Shown here: one piece after another, positions 1-14,802 of the stretch
Layout: every line of letters starts with the position of its first letter
Numbering within the stretch: the first letter of the stretch is position 1
DNA from: Octopus bimaculoides
Lineage: Eukaryota
Direction: 5' to 3'
Assembly: GCF_001194135.2 (NCBI RefSeq)
Contig: NC_068991.1
Span: forward strand, 56,039,972-56,103,971
Length of the DNA: 64,000 nt
Translations under genes and position numbers: made by a program
The notes under the pieces: model-generated
The model's input: only the letters and a program-made list of their open reading frames with translations
Databases searched by the model: none
Told to the model about the DNA's origin: nothing

Positions 1-629
1 ATTCCCTCCTTCCCTCTCTTCATAATTGTAAAAAGTCAGCATAAATTATAGATGGAATATTTTTTCTGAGATTACATTGAGTGTAATTAACGATACATAT
101 TCTACATGAATCCTACACAAATAGTGTGTGTGTGTGTGTGTGTGTATGATGGCAGTAAACTGGCAGAATTATTACTATTGGTTGAAGTACCTTGTGTAAT
201 TTATTTTGGCTCTTTGTTTTATGTTCTAAGTTCAAATCTTGTAGAGACTTAATTTGCCATCTATCCTTAGATGAAGTATCACTCATGTGACGGGATGTAA
301 ACTTCTTTTCTAGCTATCACAGCTTGGACATTTTTGGGGGTCAAAAATGGGAAGGTTGAGTAGGTGCCTGTGTCTACACTCTTATAAATAAGTGAAGTAA
401 ACAGCTGTATAGGATTTACTGAAAATCTCTTGTAAAATAATTCTAATATATGTATATATAACCTTTCAGAGAGGTGTCTCACCAGTGCATTATTCAACTA
501 TATCTCACATTTAAAGAACAATAATATTAAGAATTATATAGTTAATGGGTCTGTTATAAAACACATTTCCCTACATTAATAGTTCCAGAAGTTGTGATCC
601 CTGCTTGATCCTCAACAGCTACAATGGTA

Positions 630-1004
630 TTTTGTAACTGTTGAGGATGTGGCTCATCTTCTAGGCTGTAGTTTCTGGCACGGAATTTCTGGAACCACTG
701 TTGACGCTGGTTTATGCTTACTGTCCAATCCCCATATACTACATTAATATTCCTCACACTTTCCGTTGTGTCGTTGCCTTTATTGAACTCATAAAGCAAA
801 ATATGTCAAATATGCTCCTTTGTCACTTCCATTATAGCTATGAATAAATAACTGTTAAAATCGAACTGCACTCTTCAAAACTTGCACTAAGAATAAGTCA
901 AGGTAAAATTACTACCTGCCTTTATAGCAAGTTTATCCCATCCATCTCCAACTTTTAGTTTGTGCAATTGAAAAAACTTGCATCATTTATGGGATGACCC
1001 AATA
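630..1004 (-). mobile_element. Mariner transposon 5' fragment (TIR plus transposase N-terminus, decayed)
   Basis: Minus strand reads MEVTKEHI*HILLYEFNKG...WFQKFRARNYSLEDEP (mariner HTH); TIR-like tattgggtcatcccataaat ends at 1004. Confidence 0.85.
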
Positions 1005-2943
1005 TTTGTCATCAAAATTTTCATCACACTAACTGCAACTAGGTCACTGACACAGTTCTATTGTAGCTGGTAGATATATACGTGTGTGTGTACATACACA
1101 ATCATAGTTTAAGTTAAGCATGGAAAGAAAGACAACAGCCATGACCTTTTTCAGAGACCATGCATATTATGTTATTGCGAGTTTATCAATGGTTATGTCC
1201 TCTGTGAGTGGTGATGACTATGCCACCTCTGTCCCTGGCTCATTTGAGTGAGGTCATTACTGTCATCAATGCAATGTTTTATGTTTTCACCTGGCATACT
1301 GACAACTGATTGATGTTGTGTTGTCACTCTCTCTCCCTCTCTCGTGTCACTGCTGCTTTATGTTGTGAATTTAAATTGCTACAATGTCATTGCTGTTTGG
1401 TTTGTGTGTATGTGCACTTGTGTGTGTGATTTGGTAGATGGTCGGCACTGTTTAGTGTGTATGTATATGTGTTTGTGTATGTTTTGTTAGCAATATGTTC
1501 TGATGAAACTATCCCTTACTATTCTGTATTTTAATTCTTTGTTTAATTCTATGTCAATAAAAAAATAAATAAATAAAAATTAAAAAAAACTAACAAACTA
1601 AAACAACCAATGATGGTGTCAGTATTCCACTGGATGTATTCACGAAGTATTGATAATGTTGAGCTTTGAATTAGTTAAAGTGTAATCTTGGGTGTAAATT
1701 GAGTAATAAAATTGATGGACATTCTACATTTTTTCTGCTTCTGTGCCTGTATCATGCATATGATGTTGTATGGTAGTAAAACACAAGTAGTTCAAAATCA
1801 ATGGTACTACAGTGACTGAAAATAAACAAATTAATTTTATTTTATTGGATGTGTAATGTGAACCCTGGAAATAATTGAATATTGTTGAGGAGGAGATATG
1901 TGACTAGAGAGATAATGATGTTTGTACAGTTTTACATCTATTCTTTCATGCTTGCTTGCAAAAGTTAGAATGTTTTTCTTTTGTTTGAACTATTGATTTT
2001 GTTGTAACAGCTGGATGCTCATCCTCCTGTTACCTGTCCGGTGTATTTTCATAAGTTTGTCCTACACATTCATGCTTGTTTTCAAACTTTTAGTTAGTTC
2101 TTGTGTCATATGTTCCGAATTATATAAAGCTTTCTTTTCATAAGTCCCAAGTGGTGGTTGAAAAAAATTGGGATTGTCTATCATATATGAAGCGTGGATG
2201 CTAAGAAATGTGTCCTATGTATCACATGTAATACACAGGACATGCAAAGGCATGGATGATGTACTTGAGGTTAAAATTTGGGGCTACTTATCACATAATA
2301 ATGAAATCAAATATTGAAGTCAGTGAGTTATGCAACCAGAGTAAGACCTAACAACACCTCTCTCTTGCTTCTTGGCTGACATATGTTCACTTCATTAATA
2401 GAACAGTAAACAAATAGAAAAATTTGCATGTAGTGAGAAAACGATGCAAAAAGGATCTGAGAAGAATAGAGAGTTGATAGTGGATGGTGCTTGAGGTAAT
2501 TATCATAGTAGAACAAGGATAAACAATATCATTTAAAAATAAAGCTTCAAAGATATTTTAATAAGCAAGGGAGCGATATTAGTGGTGAAGAGGACCTCTA
2601 TAGTTCATTTGAAGTGGCTGTTAAAAATTTAAGAAAATAAAAATATATTTAAAAAATGATGATTCCTGATGGTGGTACATCACTATATTGAGATTCACTA
2701 TAGAACAATTCCTCTCAAGAAGCAACTAAGCTCTACAGTGAAGTCAGGTTCTGAAGTGAGGTGTACTGAAGGCTCATTCAGTCTAAGAGAAGACCAACAA
2801 CAGTATGGTGAGGATGGTTGTTAGGCTAGCTATGATGGCAATGATAATTATTTTGTTTACTCCTGTTAGTATATTTATTTTATTGTTTTGTTTTCACTAT
2901 TGAGTAATCTGTTTCCTTTTATATTTTTATTCTCATTATTTAG

Positions 2944-3113
2944 GAATGGCTGGTTTCGCACGCCTCTGTGCAGGAGATGTATTCGAAGTTACTATGCGCT
3001 ATGGTACTCAGAAATGGAAAGCAAAAGGCAAAATAGAAAAGGATGGTTCTCAGCGATGGGATCTTCCAGATTTTGTATTCAAGACATTGGTTGGAGACAT
3101 CATTAGCTTAAAG
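2944..3113 (+). CDS. RIPOR: RIPOR exon (GMAGFARLCAGD...IISLK)
   Basis: ttag acceptor at 2943; ends AAG|gcaagt (GC donor); phase 1 to 0. Confidence 0.92.
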
Positions 3114-6100
3114 GCAAGTGTAGTACATGCACATATGTACATGTGCATAAATATACCATATTTGATGGTATATTAGCTCTTTTTTCAAAAACAATTTAAA
3201 AAAAAATTCACCCTGTATCCTATGTGATGAAACTAGGCCTCTTGTAAGCTTTTTTTCCGAATATGCGCTGCTGAAATCGGGGTTGATTTGCCTGTGAGTT
3301 TTGTATGTCATCATATACAGTACTTAAAAGGCAGCACAATTTCACAAATATTCAAATTCAAACATGTTCATATTTACACATGAACACATATATGCTGTCA
3401 TTTGCTCAAACACACACTCACACATAAATAAAATAAATGGTTCTTTGCTAGTTTTATCAATGAATATTGCAGTTGTTTGATCAACTGAAATACTTATTCA
3501 TTGACTTATAATGTTAATAACAGACTATGCCACAGCGTGTTGTACATTTAATGTAAGTCGGAGGCAGAATCAGTATGACAAAGTGTATGACATAGCTGGT
3601 CCTTTGATTTATGGGGGGAGCCCATCTGATGGGGTTCCACTGTTTCTGTCCACCCAGTTTAACTCAAAAGGCTTGGATCTACTTGAGGTTATCATAAAAG
3701 ATGCTTGTTCAAGATGCCATGTATTGATCAACCCTGAGACCTCATGATTGTGAAATAAACTTCTCAAACACTCAGTTGTATCTGTGTGTGTGTTGCATGC
3801 ATGAGTAATTATATAGACATACATACATTGTTTATTTGTAACAATTTTCCAAATCCAGACCATTAAAGTTAATTAATTTTATTATTACAATAATTCTTAA
3901 AGATGTCTCTTCTGTTTTATTTTATTTACACATATACAGGCAGTGGAATTACGGAGTCTTAAATCTGTTTTGTTGGGAGAAAAGAAATGTGAAACCAAAG
4001 ATTTATTCTCAGCTAATCCACAGATGATGACTGTTAGTATCAATCCAAATGGCTCTCTGAAACTCAGCATCATAGTAACATGGAAGTAAGACAATTTTTT
4101 TTTTTTTTTTACTTATTTTCATTATCAAATCTGTTCCTCCATATATAAATTATTCTTGCTGTTAGGATTTTCTGTCATATACAAAGGTCAAGTTTGTTAT
4201 CTGTAAAACAGGGCTTTGTAACTTAGCAGAAGGAATCAGGTTTGTTTATCATCATCATCCCTAAAAGTCATCATCTGAATAATATATAATACAAGTATGC
4301 CTTCTTGGTTATGATATCTATATAGGTTTTTCATTTGGGGAATGTTTCTGTGAGAGAGTGTGTGTGTGTGTGTGTGTAGGAAGGTTAAGAGGGAAACTAA
4401 CTTTTGTATTTGGAAAGTGCACAGGTACAATAAATGCTGAAAATGTGCAGAAAATAGACTCCATCAGTTGCCAGAGCAGGGCAAGCTAGAGGTAGAAGAT
4501 AGCTTAGATGGCTTCTGTTATCTAGGTGACCAAGTTATTGTTGTTCTACCTTATTTGAAATTGATATTAGAGGTATGATTGCATGATAGAATCATTGGCA
4601 CTTCAAATAAAAATGGATTTAATTAATTTTGTGTTTGCATAGATAAGTATAAAAATATTCTTTGATTTATTATATGCCAAATAGATTTTGTTATGATATT
4701 TTCATAAAATTTAGATCTCAAGCTGAATTATATGCCACTGAAGTAATTTTCTTTGAAACATCTTCACTTTTCAGTCCATTGGAAGGTGTGGATGAAAGTC
4801 TAATAATTTATGAAGTTCCACAACGCACTCAAGACACGCCACGACGTCGACCGGTCTCTGCATTAGCAGTGAATGGACAGTACTCTCAATTGGTAGGTCT
4901 CTTACTGCTAAGAATGTGAACTTTTTTATCATCAACTCCTAAAAATACTATTCTGTAGATCTCTGCACCTGTTGCTAAATCTTGAACAGTGCAAAACTGT
5001 ACTTCAGTTAGGCTGTTGTTGTTTTTTTTTTTTGTGGGGTGGGATCAAAAGCTGGAACTAAGCATTCTTCTGTGTAAAATTTTTAATGAAAACTTCTTGT
5101 CAGAACACTTCCTGTTTGCACCATGTTTGTTTATCATTTGCATTTTATCAAGTAAATTTCTCTGGATTTATGCTCCCTTCAAGTTTTGAGCTTAATACCA
5201 GTTAATGTCTCAAGGTGTTATTATCTATTATTCATTTACTGATGATTTGATTAGGAAATTGATCCCCAGGAATCAACATCTTGTAAATATACGTGGAACA
5301 CATAAATTTAACTGTATTCAACCTTGGCAGTTGAAAGAATATAGCAACAGGAAAAAAATCAATGATAAGTAAAAGCTACATTAACATTGCACACCAATGA
5401 TAATTGTATTGTATCAGCAAATTTCATCCAAGTTCATGCAATGGATAAGTTTTTATTATTTTATACTGGATTACTGTATTTTGTCAAAATTTAGTTAGTA
5501 AGAAATTCATATAAAAAAACAATCATTTTCTTCTCATGCACCCATCTTAGATGGAACCTACTAAAGGTTATTCATTGAAGAAAACAAAATCATATGCAAC
5601 ACAAAATGATTAAGAATATTAAAATTCATATAAGGGTATTAAAATTTTGTAAAAATATTTTAATCCCACTAGGAAAAAGAAGTATATATTCTTGAAGTAA
5701 TCAGCATTGCCTTCTAGCATAAAAATGGCTTATACATTGTCCTTGTCAACTTGTAAGAGTTAATCTCAGCTAAAATTAGGTACTCAAAATAAGTACTTCA
5801 CCCTTCTTATTTACAGGTGAATTAAAAAATTCATCCAATTTTAAAAGCATCCATTCTCACGTGAATAAAAAATAAGTTATGTAAAAAAATAAAAGAAACT
5901 ATTCAATTCTTACATATATTGTGCTGATATAACAAAGAAATTTTGTAATTCTTTTTTCTAACATACACTATTACACCTGTTGAATTTGTATCTGATTAAG
6001 GATTTTTTTATGCTTTCATTCCATATACATAATACCTGTTGGTTGGTTATATCTCTTGTAAATTAATCCCTTTTCAAGTTACAAAGGATCCATTGAGACA

Positions 6101-9100
6101 TTAGTGTTAAATAGATTTCAGCATTGATAAGACACTAGTATATTATGGCTTTTCTTTTTGTGCCCCAGTATTTCATTAGCAATATAGACATGAAATATTG
6201 CAAATTCTTTTAAACATAATAATTTGTTGGATCATTTTGGATTTGTTTGTGAGTCATATTAGTTGTGTTATATTATAATAATTTTGTTTTGTTTCTTTCT
6301 TTGTACAGTTTGGTAGTCAGTTAGACCTGCTTGGCCATGAAAGGAGGTACTCCAGTCCCGTGTCATTGCCTCAGTCAAAGGATGATAGTTATATTCTTTC
6401 ATCGTCAAGCTCTTCATTATCTCTTGCTGCAACAGCTTATCCAATGAATGACTCTGATAGCGCTATCTATATATCTCAACTTCCACAGCGCTCAGCTTCT
6501 CGATCAATGTTGACTGGCTCAGCTATGGCTCTTCCACCCCCCTTAACTACAACGGGACATTATCCTTCAGGACTGGCACAGCATGCAGTGTGTGCATATG
6601 CAACAGATGCTTCTAATTTGGAAGATGCACTTAATTGTTTAAGTGTATCACTTGAAGATGTACGTGGCCGATACCAAGAATTACAGAAAATTGAGGAATT
6701 GGTTGATGTTTTACGATGCTTATTAAAGGTAGGCCAACTTCTAAATACAGTATTTTTTTATTATTTTCATTTCTGTGTTGATGCTGTAAAATTTCTAGCA
6801 GAACAGCAAAGAACCAGAGCTTTAGCTCTACCATGTTTATTGGAGTTGCAAACAGTATGAGAAATTTTAAGTGAATGCTATGGACTGCTCAAATAGTTTA
6901 ATAGTTGATAGTCTTGAACAACACTTAAGCAAAATCCACACAGTTGCTACTCTATACTACACTTTACAATCTCTGATGATCTCTCAAAGTGACCCAGTTA
7001 GCATTGCTAAAACTGAATCACAATAACTAAGTTATCTCATTAGAGCCAGAAAATACTTCATCTTTGAATAGTTGCTTGAATAAGACTCACGTTGGAGCAC
7101 TTCGTAACCACTTTATCAAGGCTCATTTGTCCCAGGCTCACCCACCTTTCTCTGCTTGTGACCCTTATTTTGCCTAATTTCCCAGAGTCTGCACTAAACT
7201 TTTCACTCCCTTGCCTACCACATTTTCTCTACAGACATTGCTGTGCATATATACATATATAAACATATTACAAGAATTCTTTTACGAGAGATTTTCAGTA
7301 AACCCTATGCAGCTGTTTCTTTCCACTTATTTACAAGAGTGTAGACATAGGCACCTACTCAACTCTCCCTGTTCCTGATCCAGCAAAATGCTGAATAACC
7401 AGTATATCAATCTCATCTATCTGGGAGGACCAGCAAATATCTGATATTGTTCTTTGCCCTCTATCTTGTTAAAAATAATAATTGCTGTTATCTATGTCCC
7501 AATTAGTGTCTAAATTTGAACTAATGATTATCCAAATTATGTGATTTGTTTGCCCATAAATTTATCAGCTATACTGTATGTTGAATATGACAAAAAAACA
7601 NNNNNNNNNNNNNNNNNNNNNNNNNNNNNNNNNNNNNNNNNNNNNNNNNNNNNNNNNNNNNNNNNNNNNNNNNNNNNNNNNNNNNNNNNNNNNNNNNNNN
7701 NNNNNNNNNNNNNNNNNNNNNNNNNNNNNNNNNNNNNNNNNNNNNNNNNNNNNNNNNNNNNNNNNNNNNNNNNNNNNNNNNNNNNNNNNNNNNNNNNNNN
7801 NNNNNNNNNNNNNNNNNNNNNNNNNNNNNNNNNNNNNNNNNNNNNNNNNNNNNNNNNNNNNNNNNNNNNNNNNNNNNNNNNNNNNNNNNNNNNNNNNNNN
7901 NNNNNNNNNNNNNNNNNNNNNNNNNNNNNNNNNNNNNNNNNNNNNNNNNNNNNNNNNNNNNNNNNNNNNNNNNNNNNNNNNNNNNNNNNNNNNNNNNNNN
8001 NNNNNNNNNNNNNNNNNNNNNNNNNNNNNNNNNNNNNNNNNNNNNNNNNNNNNNNNNNNNNNNNNNNNNNNNNNNNNNNNNNNNNNNNNNNNNNNNNNNN
8101 NNNNNNNNNNNNNNNNNNNNNNNNNNNNNNNNNNNNNNNNNNNNNNNNNNNNNNNNNNNNNNNNNNNNNNNNNNNNNNNNNNNNNNNNNNNNNNNNNNNN
8201 NNNNNNNNNNNNNNNNNNNNNNNNNNNNNNNNNNNNNNNNNNNNNNNNNNNNNNNNNNNNNNNNNNNNNNNNNNNNNNNNNNNNNNNNNNNNNNNNNNNN
8301 NNNNNNNNNNNNNNNNNNNNNNNNNNNNNNNNNNNNNNNNNNNNNNNNNNNNNNNNNTTGAAAAAGAAATCATTATTTATCATGGCTTTTAGTTAATCTT
8401 TCTAAGAACTGCAATTTCATATTTCAAAGATTCAACTTTATATCCTTTATTTCAGTATTCAATTAATAATTCACAGTGAACACTTTGACAGAACATAAAC
8501 TTCATATATATAAACTTCAGAATATAAACTTCAAATATAAAGCAATTTAGAGTTAATACTTCTTTAATTTATTATCAATGATCTGCTACCTTGCAAAATT
8601 CCATAGTCTAAGGCTGTGGTCATAGGTGCACAGTAAAAGACACAACCTCAGCCCCCTGTCTTTCTTGGTGATCTTGGATCCTGATTAATCTGGTATGTTG
8701 AGTTGAGCTATTAGCTTCTCTGTAAGTGAATCTTTTGCTCTTTGACAGATTTTCAACCATGAAATGCAGAGAGTGGTTTAATGAGGCAAGTTGTACTGGG
8801 TTATATGGTAACAGTAGCAGCTAAAACCTGACCTGAATTACAATACCATTAAAATACTGTTTATGTTATCTGAATATGAACTGAGAAACTCTGGGGGATC
8901 TAATTTGAGTTTTCAGAAGGAGATTAGTATCCAATACTTGATTGGTTCTTTATGAAAATCTCAGGAATGAGGAAGTGGCAATCATATAAGGAGACACCTT
9001 CTTGAAACAGTTATACAGCTGTCCATGTTGTATGTTGATACTCCCACCCTTAGTTTCTTACCTCATTGTAAAGCAAATAATGATTTCTAAGTTTGGCACG

Positions 9101-10103
9101 AGGATAGAGATTTGTAAGGAAAAAGATCTATATCTCATTGAGGATCTCTCTTGGAGAAAGGATATTCTTAGTGTAGCTGTGATGCATCCTGAAGAGTAAC
9201 TCTTCCCTTTTGGTCCAGAAGATAATTCAGCCCCTACAACTACTGATGTTCAACAAGATTTATGCAAGGCCCACAGTGGAGTGTTGTTTCATTATTTGGA
9301 GCAGTACTCTGTTGTAGAGTTCTCAAATTTTGATCAGTGCCACTGCTATATGCTCTAATATACTGCATTGCCCACCAGAAAAGATCAGTGAGCTGATTGA
9401 CACTTCATCACTAACAGAATTATTGCTAAGACTGCTTTACAAAGAACTAAGATACCTTTTTAGTGACAGAAAATACTTTAACCTTGATTGGTTGCTAACC
9501 TTCTATAAAGCTCAAATAAGATTCACATTGAAGCACTGTATAATTATTCTATCAGAGCTCACTTGTTGCAGGCTCACTCATCTTTCTCTGCCTGTGACCC
9601 TTTGTGTGTCTAATTTCTCAGAAACTACTCTAAACCACATACACGCTGTCACCCCTTGCTGTTTTTTCTCTTTACTATTATGATTACTTCTGCCCTTTAG
9701 GGCTGGCTGGTCTTGTACCGACCACTGTTCATACACCTCCCAATCCACTCATCGCTCTACCTTTTTTTACTGTTAGTGTGTCCAACCTCACCCCTTTTCC
9801 CTGCATTGACTGTTATGCCAAATCCTTAATTCTCCAGAACATTGTCCATCTGGAATCTTCTTCCTGCTTATGTATTTCCTTCAAATATTGACCTGCAGCA
9901 GTTCTAGCAGAACATTAAACCGGATCAATCTCAATGGTGTCAGAGGTTCTGTTAGGGTCAAGGGCTCTGTCTCTCCTTGCAAACTCAACAAGCAAAAGAT
10001 AAAATGTTAAAAAACAAAAGACTTGAACTTAGAACATAAGGAGACATATCTAAACACTGCTGGGCTTTCACTGTCATTTCTGCTTCTCCACAAAACATAC
10101 ACA

Positions 10104-10181
<78 letters not shown>

Positions 10182-11767
10182 AGAAGAAGAAAAAACCTGA
10201 AATGTTACAGGTTGTATCAAACAGATTTTTAGGATATTTGTATATATTTTTGCTGTGATTTGTTGCTTTTTGTGTTACTTTTAAATTGGAGGTTCTGTTT
10301 ATTAATTAAGCTTATAATGATCATTTCCTCTTTGCAGAAGCATTCCAGATCTAGTTCTTGTTCTTCTAATATAAGTGTCTCAATTGAACATGCCTTGGAA
10401 GCTTTTGACTTTCTCAATACAGAGGACATTGTTGATGATGTAGATAGCTCACCTAGGTTAGTTTGCTTTTTTTTTTTAATTTATATTGTTGTTGCTTGTT
10501 TATTGAAGTGCAAATATATTTGACACTCTCATGCATTTACATATTTTTAAAAGTTTGCACACACTCACTCATATTTATACCCATGCATATACATATCTAC
10601 ATTTGTGTGCATGCACCTATATATAAATATTTAGATTTCATATCAATTTTATGTGTTATTTAGAAATGTAATGCTTGTTTTTCTTGTGACTAATTGAGTG
10701 CAGTTATGACTTTGTTATTACACTATGTATAATACTGGTTAAAATTATACATAATAAGTCATTAATTAGATAGGATGTTGAGTTATTAGTAGGATACAAA
10801 TCTATCACATTTCCTTGAGAAATCTTTTACCTCTCAACTAAATAGGTTACAATTTCTCTCATTGACCATTATGGAGATAATGTGAATTACTATAATGTCC
10901 AGTATTGTTATTAAGTTGTTATTTTGATGAATTTTTTTTGTTTCTTTATCATTTTAGTGAGAGCAGAAGATCAAGCCTAGATCACATTCTAACCAGTCCA
11001 GAATCTACTGCCAAAACAACAGATTCTGGAATCGAATCTTTAGCTAAGAGATTATGTGAAGACACCCAACTGAGTTCAAGCACAAATTCCAGTCCACTTC
11101 CTCCAAGTTCAGGCAATGAACATGTGGACCAAGCTCTTATCTTCCATCTTAATTACTGTAACAAATTAATTGAGGTCAGTTTACATCAGCTTGTTTTTTT
11201 TCTTCATAACCTATGGTGGGTGGTTACATAAAATTTACTTGTTCACATAAACTGTTTGAGCTAATCTTGTGTAACATGTCTTCACTAGTAACTTGTGATC
11301 TTAGTTATTACATATTTTCTTAGTACTTAGATGTGGTAATGGGTAGCTCAAAGGCTGAGCTACTCAGCCTATATTCCTTTGTGTTGTGTGTAATGGTGTA
11401 TAGAAACAGAAATATTTAATCTTTGAAGGAAAATTTCAAAATAATTCCATCAACTTATTTATGAAATACAAAATAATTTATATTTGATTAATCTGTTGTT
11501 GTTGTTGTTTTTGGGGTGGTGTTTAGGCTGTGTTTGTCTCTCTTTGTGCATTTATCTGTGTTTATGCACATGTATGTATGCACTAAAACTTAAGTGTACT
11601 CAGAAATTTCATCAATTTTATTTTAAGTAGACTTCAAGTTTGTAGGTCAAATGAAACCTTAGACAATTAGTTCAATATTTTTTAATTTATTTCCTGTTTT
11701 ATATTCAATGACTCACTTTTCAACAAAGAATTTATACACATACATCCACTTCCATTTCACTCTCACA

Positions 11768-11821
<54 letters not shown>

Positions 11822-13570
11822 GGAAAATATTAAAACTATATGTAAATAATTTTTTATGTCAGCATACATCAATTAATCCAGCAATGTTAAGCTTGTAAAA
11901 TTTGTTTTCTGACATAGGCAAAGTGCTTCCGATTTATTTGGTAAAGGAAGGAGAGTTAAATAGTGTGACTTTCATGTTTCTCTAGAGTATTTGCAAGTAG
12001 AATTGTTGCAGTTAAGAATTTCAGTCAAATTATTGAGTTGGTTCACCAGAGTTTTGTAATTGACTCTGTCATTAAAATTACAGATATTTGGAAACCTACA
12101 TTAATAAATATAAATTTATGTTCTTTTCTCTTTTTGAATTTGTATTTCATTGAATGATAATACATAAAATTTTACTTGTGAACTATTTTGTAACAATATT
12201 TGCAATGTAAACAGTTGCTTAATTGTTGTATGTTAATCTAAGTTGATAATTAGTCTTAATGGCCTCTGTGTTATTCAGTATTTGTCTGTTTACCAATGTT
12301 GCACCTGATAGTTATCATACCATTTTGTGATGTTATGGTAACCACAGTTATTGGGTCAAGGTATTTCACTTAAGTTAATCAATGGTTGTTCTTTTGTATT
12401 TCTCACATCTGCTGTAATGACCAGTGAACATAGCTTCATTGTTCTTGTCATTGTTTTGACTAAAGTTGGTGAATATATTCTAGCTTAATTACTATTTATA
12501 TAAACCATTGTTGTTGAAGATAATAATATGAATAATAACTTCTTATATTAATATAACCAACAATTTTAAGGAGATATAATTGATTTTATTAATCAACTCT
12601 GTTACAAGGCTTGCATTTGTTTATTTTGCCCACAGAAGAAAAGAACAAGGTTGACATTGTTGGAATTGAACTCATGATAAAAATGAACATAACATCTGCC
12701 CTTTTAATGACGTTTTGATAATAATAATAATAATTATTAATTACATTTCAGAAATGTTACCCTTTATCATCCAACTTATTTTATAATCTCTTTCTGTAAT
12801 TAGATAGAAATTTGCTTACAGAGAATGTTCCTGAGTTCAGTTAATATATCAGTACAAAAAATATATTATTTCCTTTGAATGTGTCTAGATTTTTCTGTGG
12901 AATTATGCCTAAGAATCTAGTGTTAATGAATAGATGAAATAAAATAGTGCATTTAAAACTTCTTATGAACATTTTCAAGGAAAATTTTTTGAGCAGAATT
13001 TTTTAAAAATCCAGTTTTCATCTGCATGTGTATCCATAGAGTTGATGTGTATTTGTTTCTCCCTTCAGTCTTATGTATTGAGGGTTGGCAAACGTACTGG
13101 GATGACAGTTCTATTAGTTAATCCCCTTATATGAGAAAAGTTGTTGAAAAAGTATAGTAGCCAAGGTAAGAGCAAGTTGGAAAAATTTCACGGAGCTGAT
13201 ATCTTTGTTAGCAACAATAGTCTTTTCTGTCGGAATGAAGGGTATGATACTAGCGTTAGAACTGTGATAGTGCATGGTAGTGTGACACGGGCCTTGAATT
13301 TATAAGACTTTTGAAAACTAGAAAGAAACAAGGCAAGTGTACTCTGATGGATGTGTAATGCTAATATGCATAAATGCTAGAGTACAAATGAGCTGAGAGA
13401 AAAACTAGGGATCAGGTGTAATAATATATAACAGGGCATCCAGCTGTAGAAACACTGCCAAATCAGATTGGAGCCTGGTGTAGCCATCTGGTTTCACCAG
13501 TCCTCAGTCAAATCGTCCAACCCATGCTAGCATGGAAAGCGGACGTTAAACGACGACGACAATACGTACA

Positions 13571-13610
<40 letters not shown>

Positions 13611-14054
13611 GCCTNNNNNNNNNNNNNNNNNNNNNNNNNNNNNNNNNNNNNNNNNNNNNNNNNNNNNNNNNNNNNNNNNNNNNNNNNNNNNNNNNNNNNN
13701 NNNNNNNNNNNNNNNNNNNNNNNNNNNNNNNNNNNNNNNNNNNNNNNNNNNNNNNNNNNNNNNNNNNNNNNNNNNNNNNNNNNNNNNNNNNNNNNNNNNN
13801 NNNNNNNNNNNNNNNNNNNNNNNNNNNNNNNNNNNNNNNNNNNNNNNNNNNNNNNNNNNNNNNNNNNNNNNNNNNNNNNNNNNNNNNNNNNNNNNNNNNN
13901 NNNNNNNNNNNNNNNNNNNNNNNNNNNNNNNNNNCAGGGCATCCAGCTGTAGAAACACTGCCAAATCAGATTGGAGCCTGGTGTAGCCATCTGGTTTCAC
14001 CAGTCCTCAGTCAAATCGTCCAACCCATGCTAGCATGGAAGGCAGACGTTAAAC

Positions 14055-14086
<32 letters not shown>

Positions 14087-14757
14087 GAAGAGGCTACACT
14101 GATTATAAGCATGTGATATATCTGGAGGATGATTGCTGCATAAAGAAGTGTTAAAGCGCTTCAAGTTACTGGAAATTGCAGAAGGGGACCAAGTAAGACT
14201 TGGGATGAAGTTTTGAAGGCTGTTCTAGAGATGCTGCATCTCATGGAAGAAATAACTGAAAACCATGAGTGATCTGTGGTGCTGCTGAAGACTTGACCAT
14301 TCATGACAAAGTGCACTCTGGTGCAAGGGTAGTGTTTAGAGACTGAGATATTTTGTGCCTTGCCAAGCCTATATGTTCCTTCACCTTGCATCCTTAACCC
14401 CCTTTCTCACATCTACCTAATACCTGCCTCCCTCTTTTTACATATTTGCTTCTCACTTTCCTTTATTGTTGTTGTTTGTTCCTTCTTGAGCCATGCCTGG
14501 CTCATAAGAGCCAGTTTCCGAGTTTCATTGGCTTATAGGTTCCCACCTGGATGGGACGCCAGTCTGTCACAGGTGAGCTGCAGGAGGAAAGAATGAAAGA
14601 AAGTTGTGGTAAAGGAGTTAGCAGAGGTTTGCCATTATCTTCTGCTGGAGTTTTGCTCATAAACATGCACAGTTCCTGATCTGAGATTCAAACCCGCGAT
14701 CTCTCGACCACGAGTCCGCTGCTCTAACCACTAGACTATGTGCCTCCACCTCTCCTT

Positions 14758-14802
<45 letters not shown>

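Noticed and set aside
2000-2560. Possible piggyBac-like Cys-rich remnant on the minus strand
   Set aside because: Only scattered Cys-containing fragments with stops; too decayed to support.
7537-8396. Long ORFs spanning N runs (also near 13.5, 17.9, 35.4 and 60.1 kb)
   Set aside because: Artefacts of translating assembly gaps.
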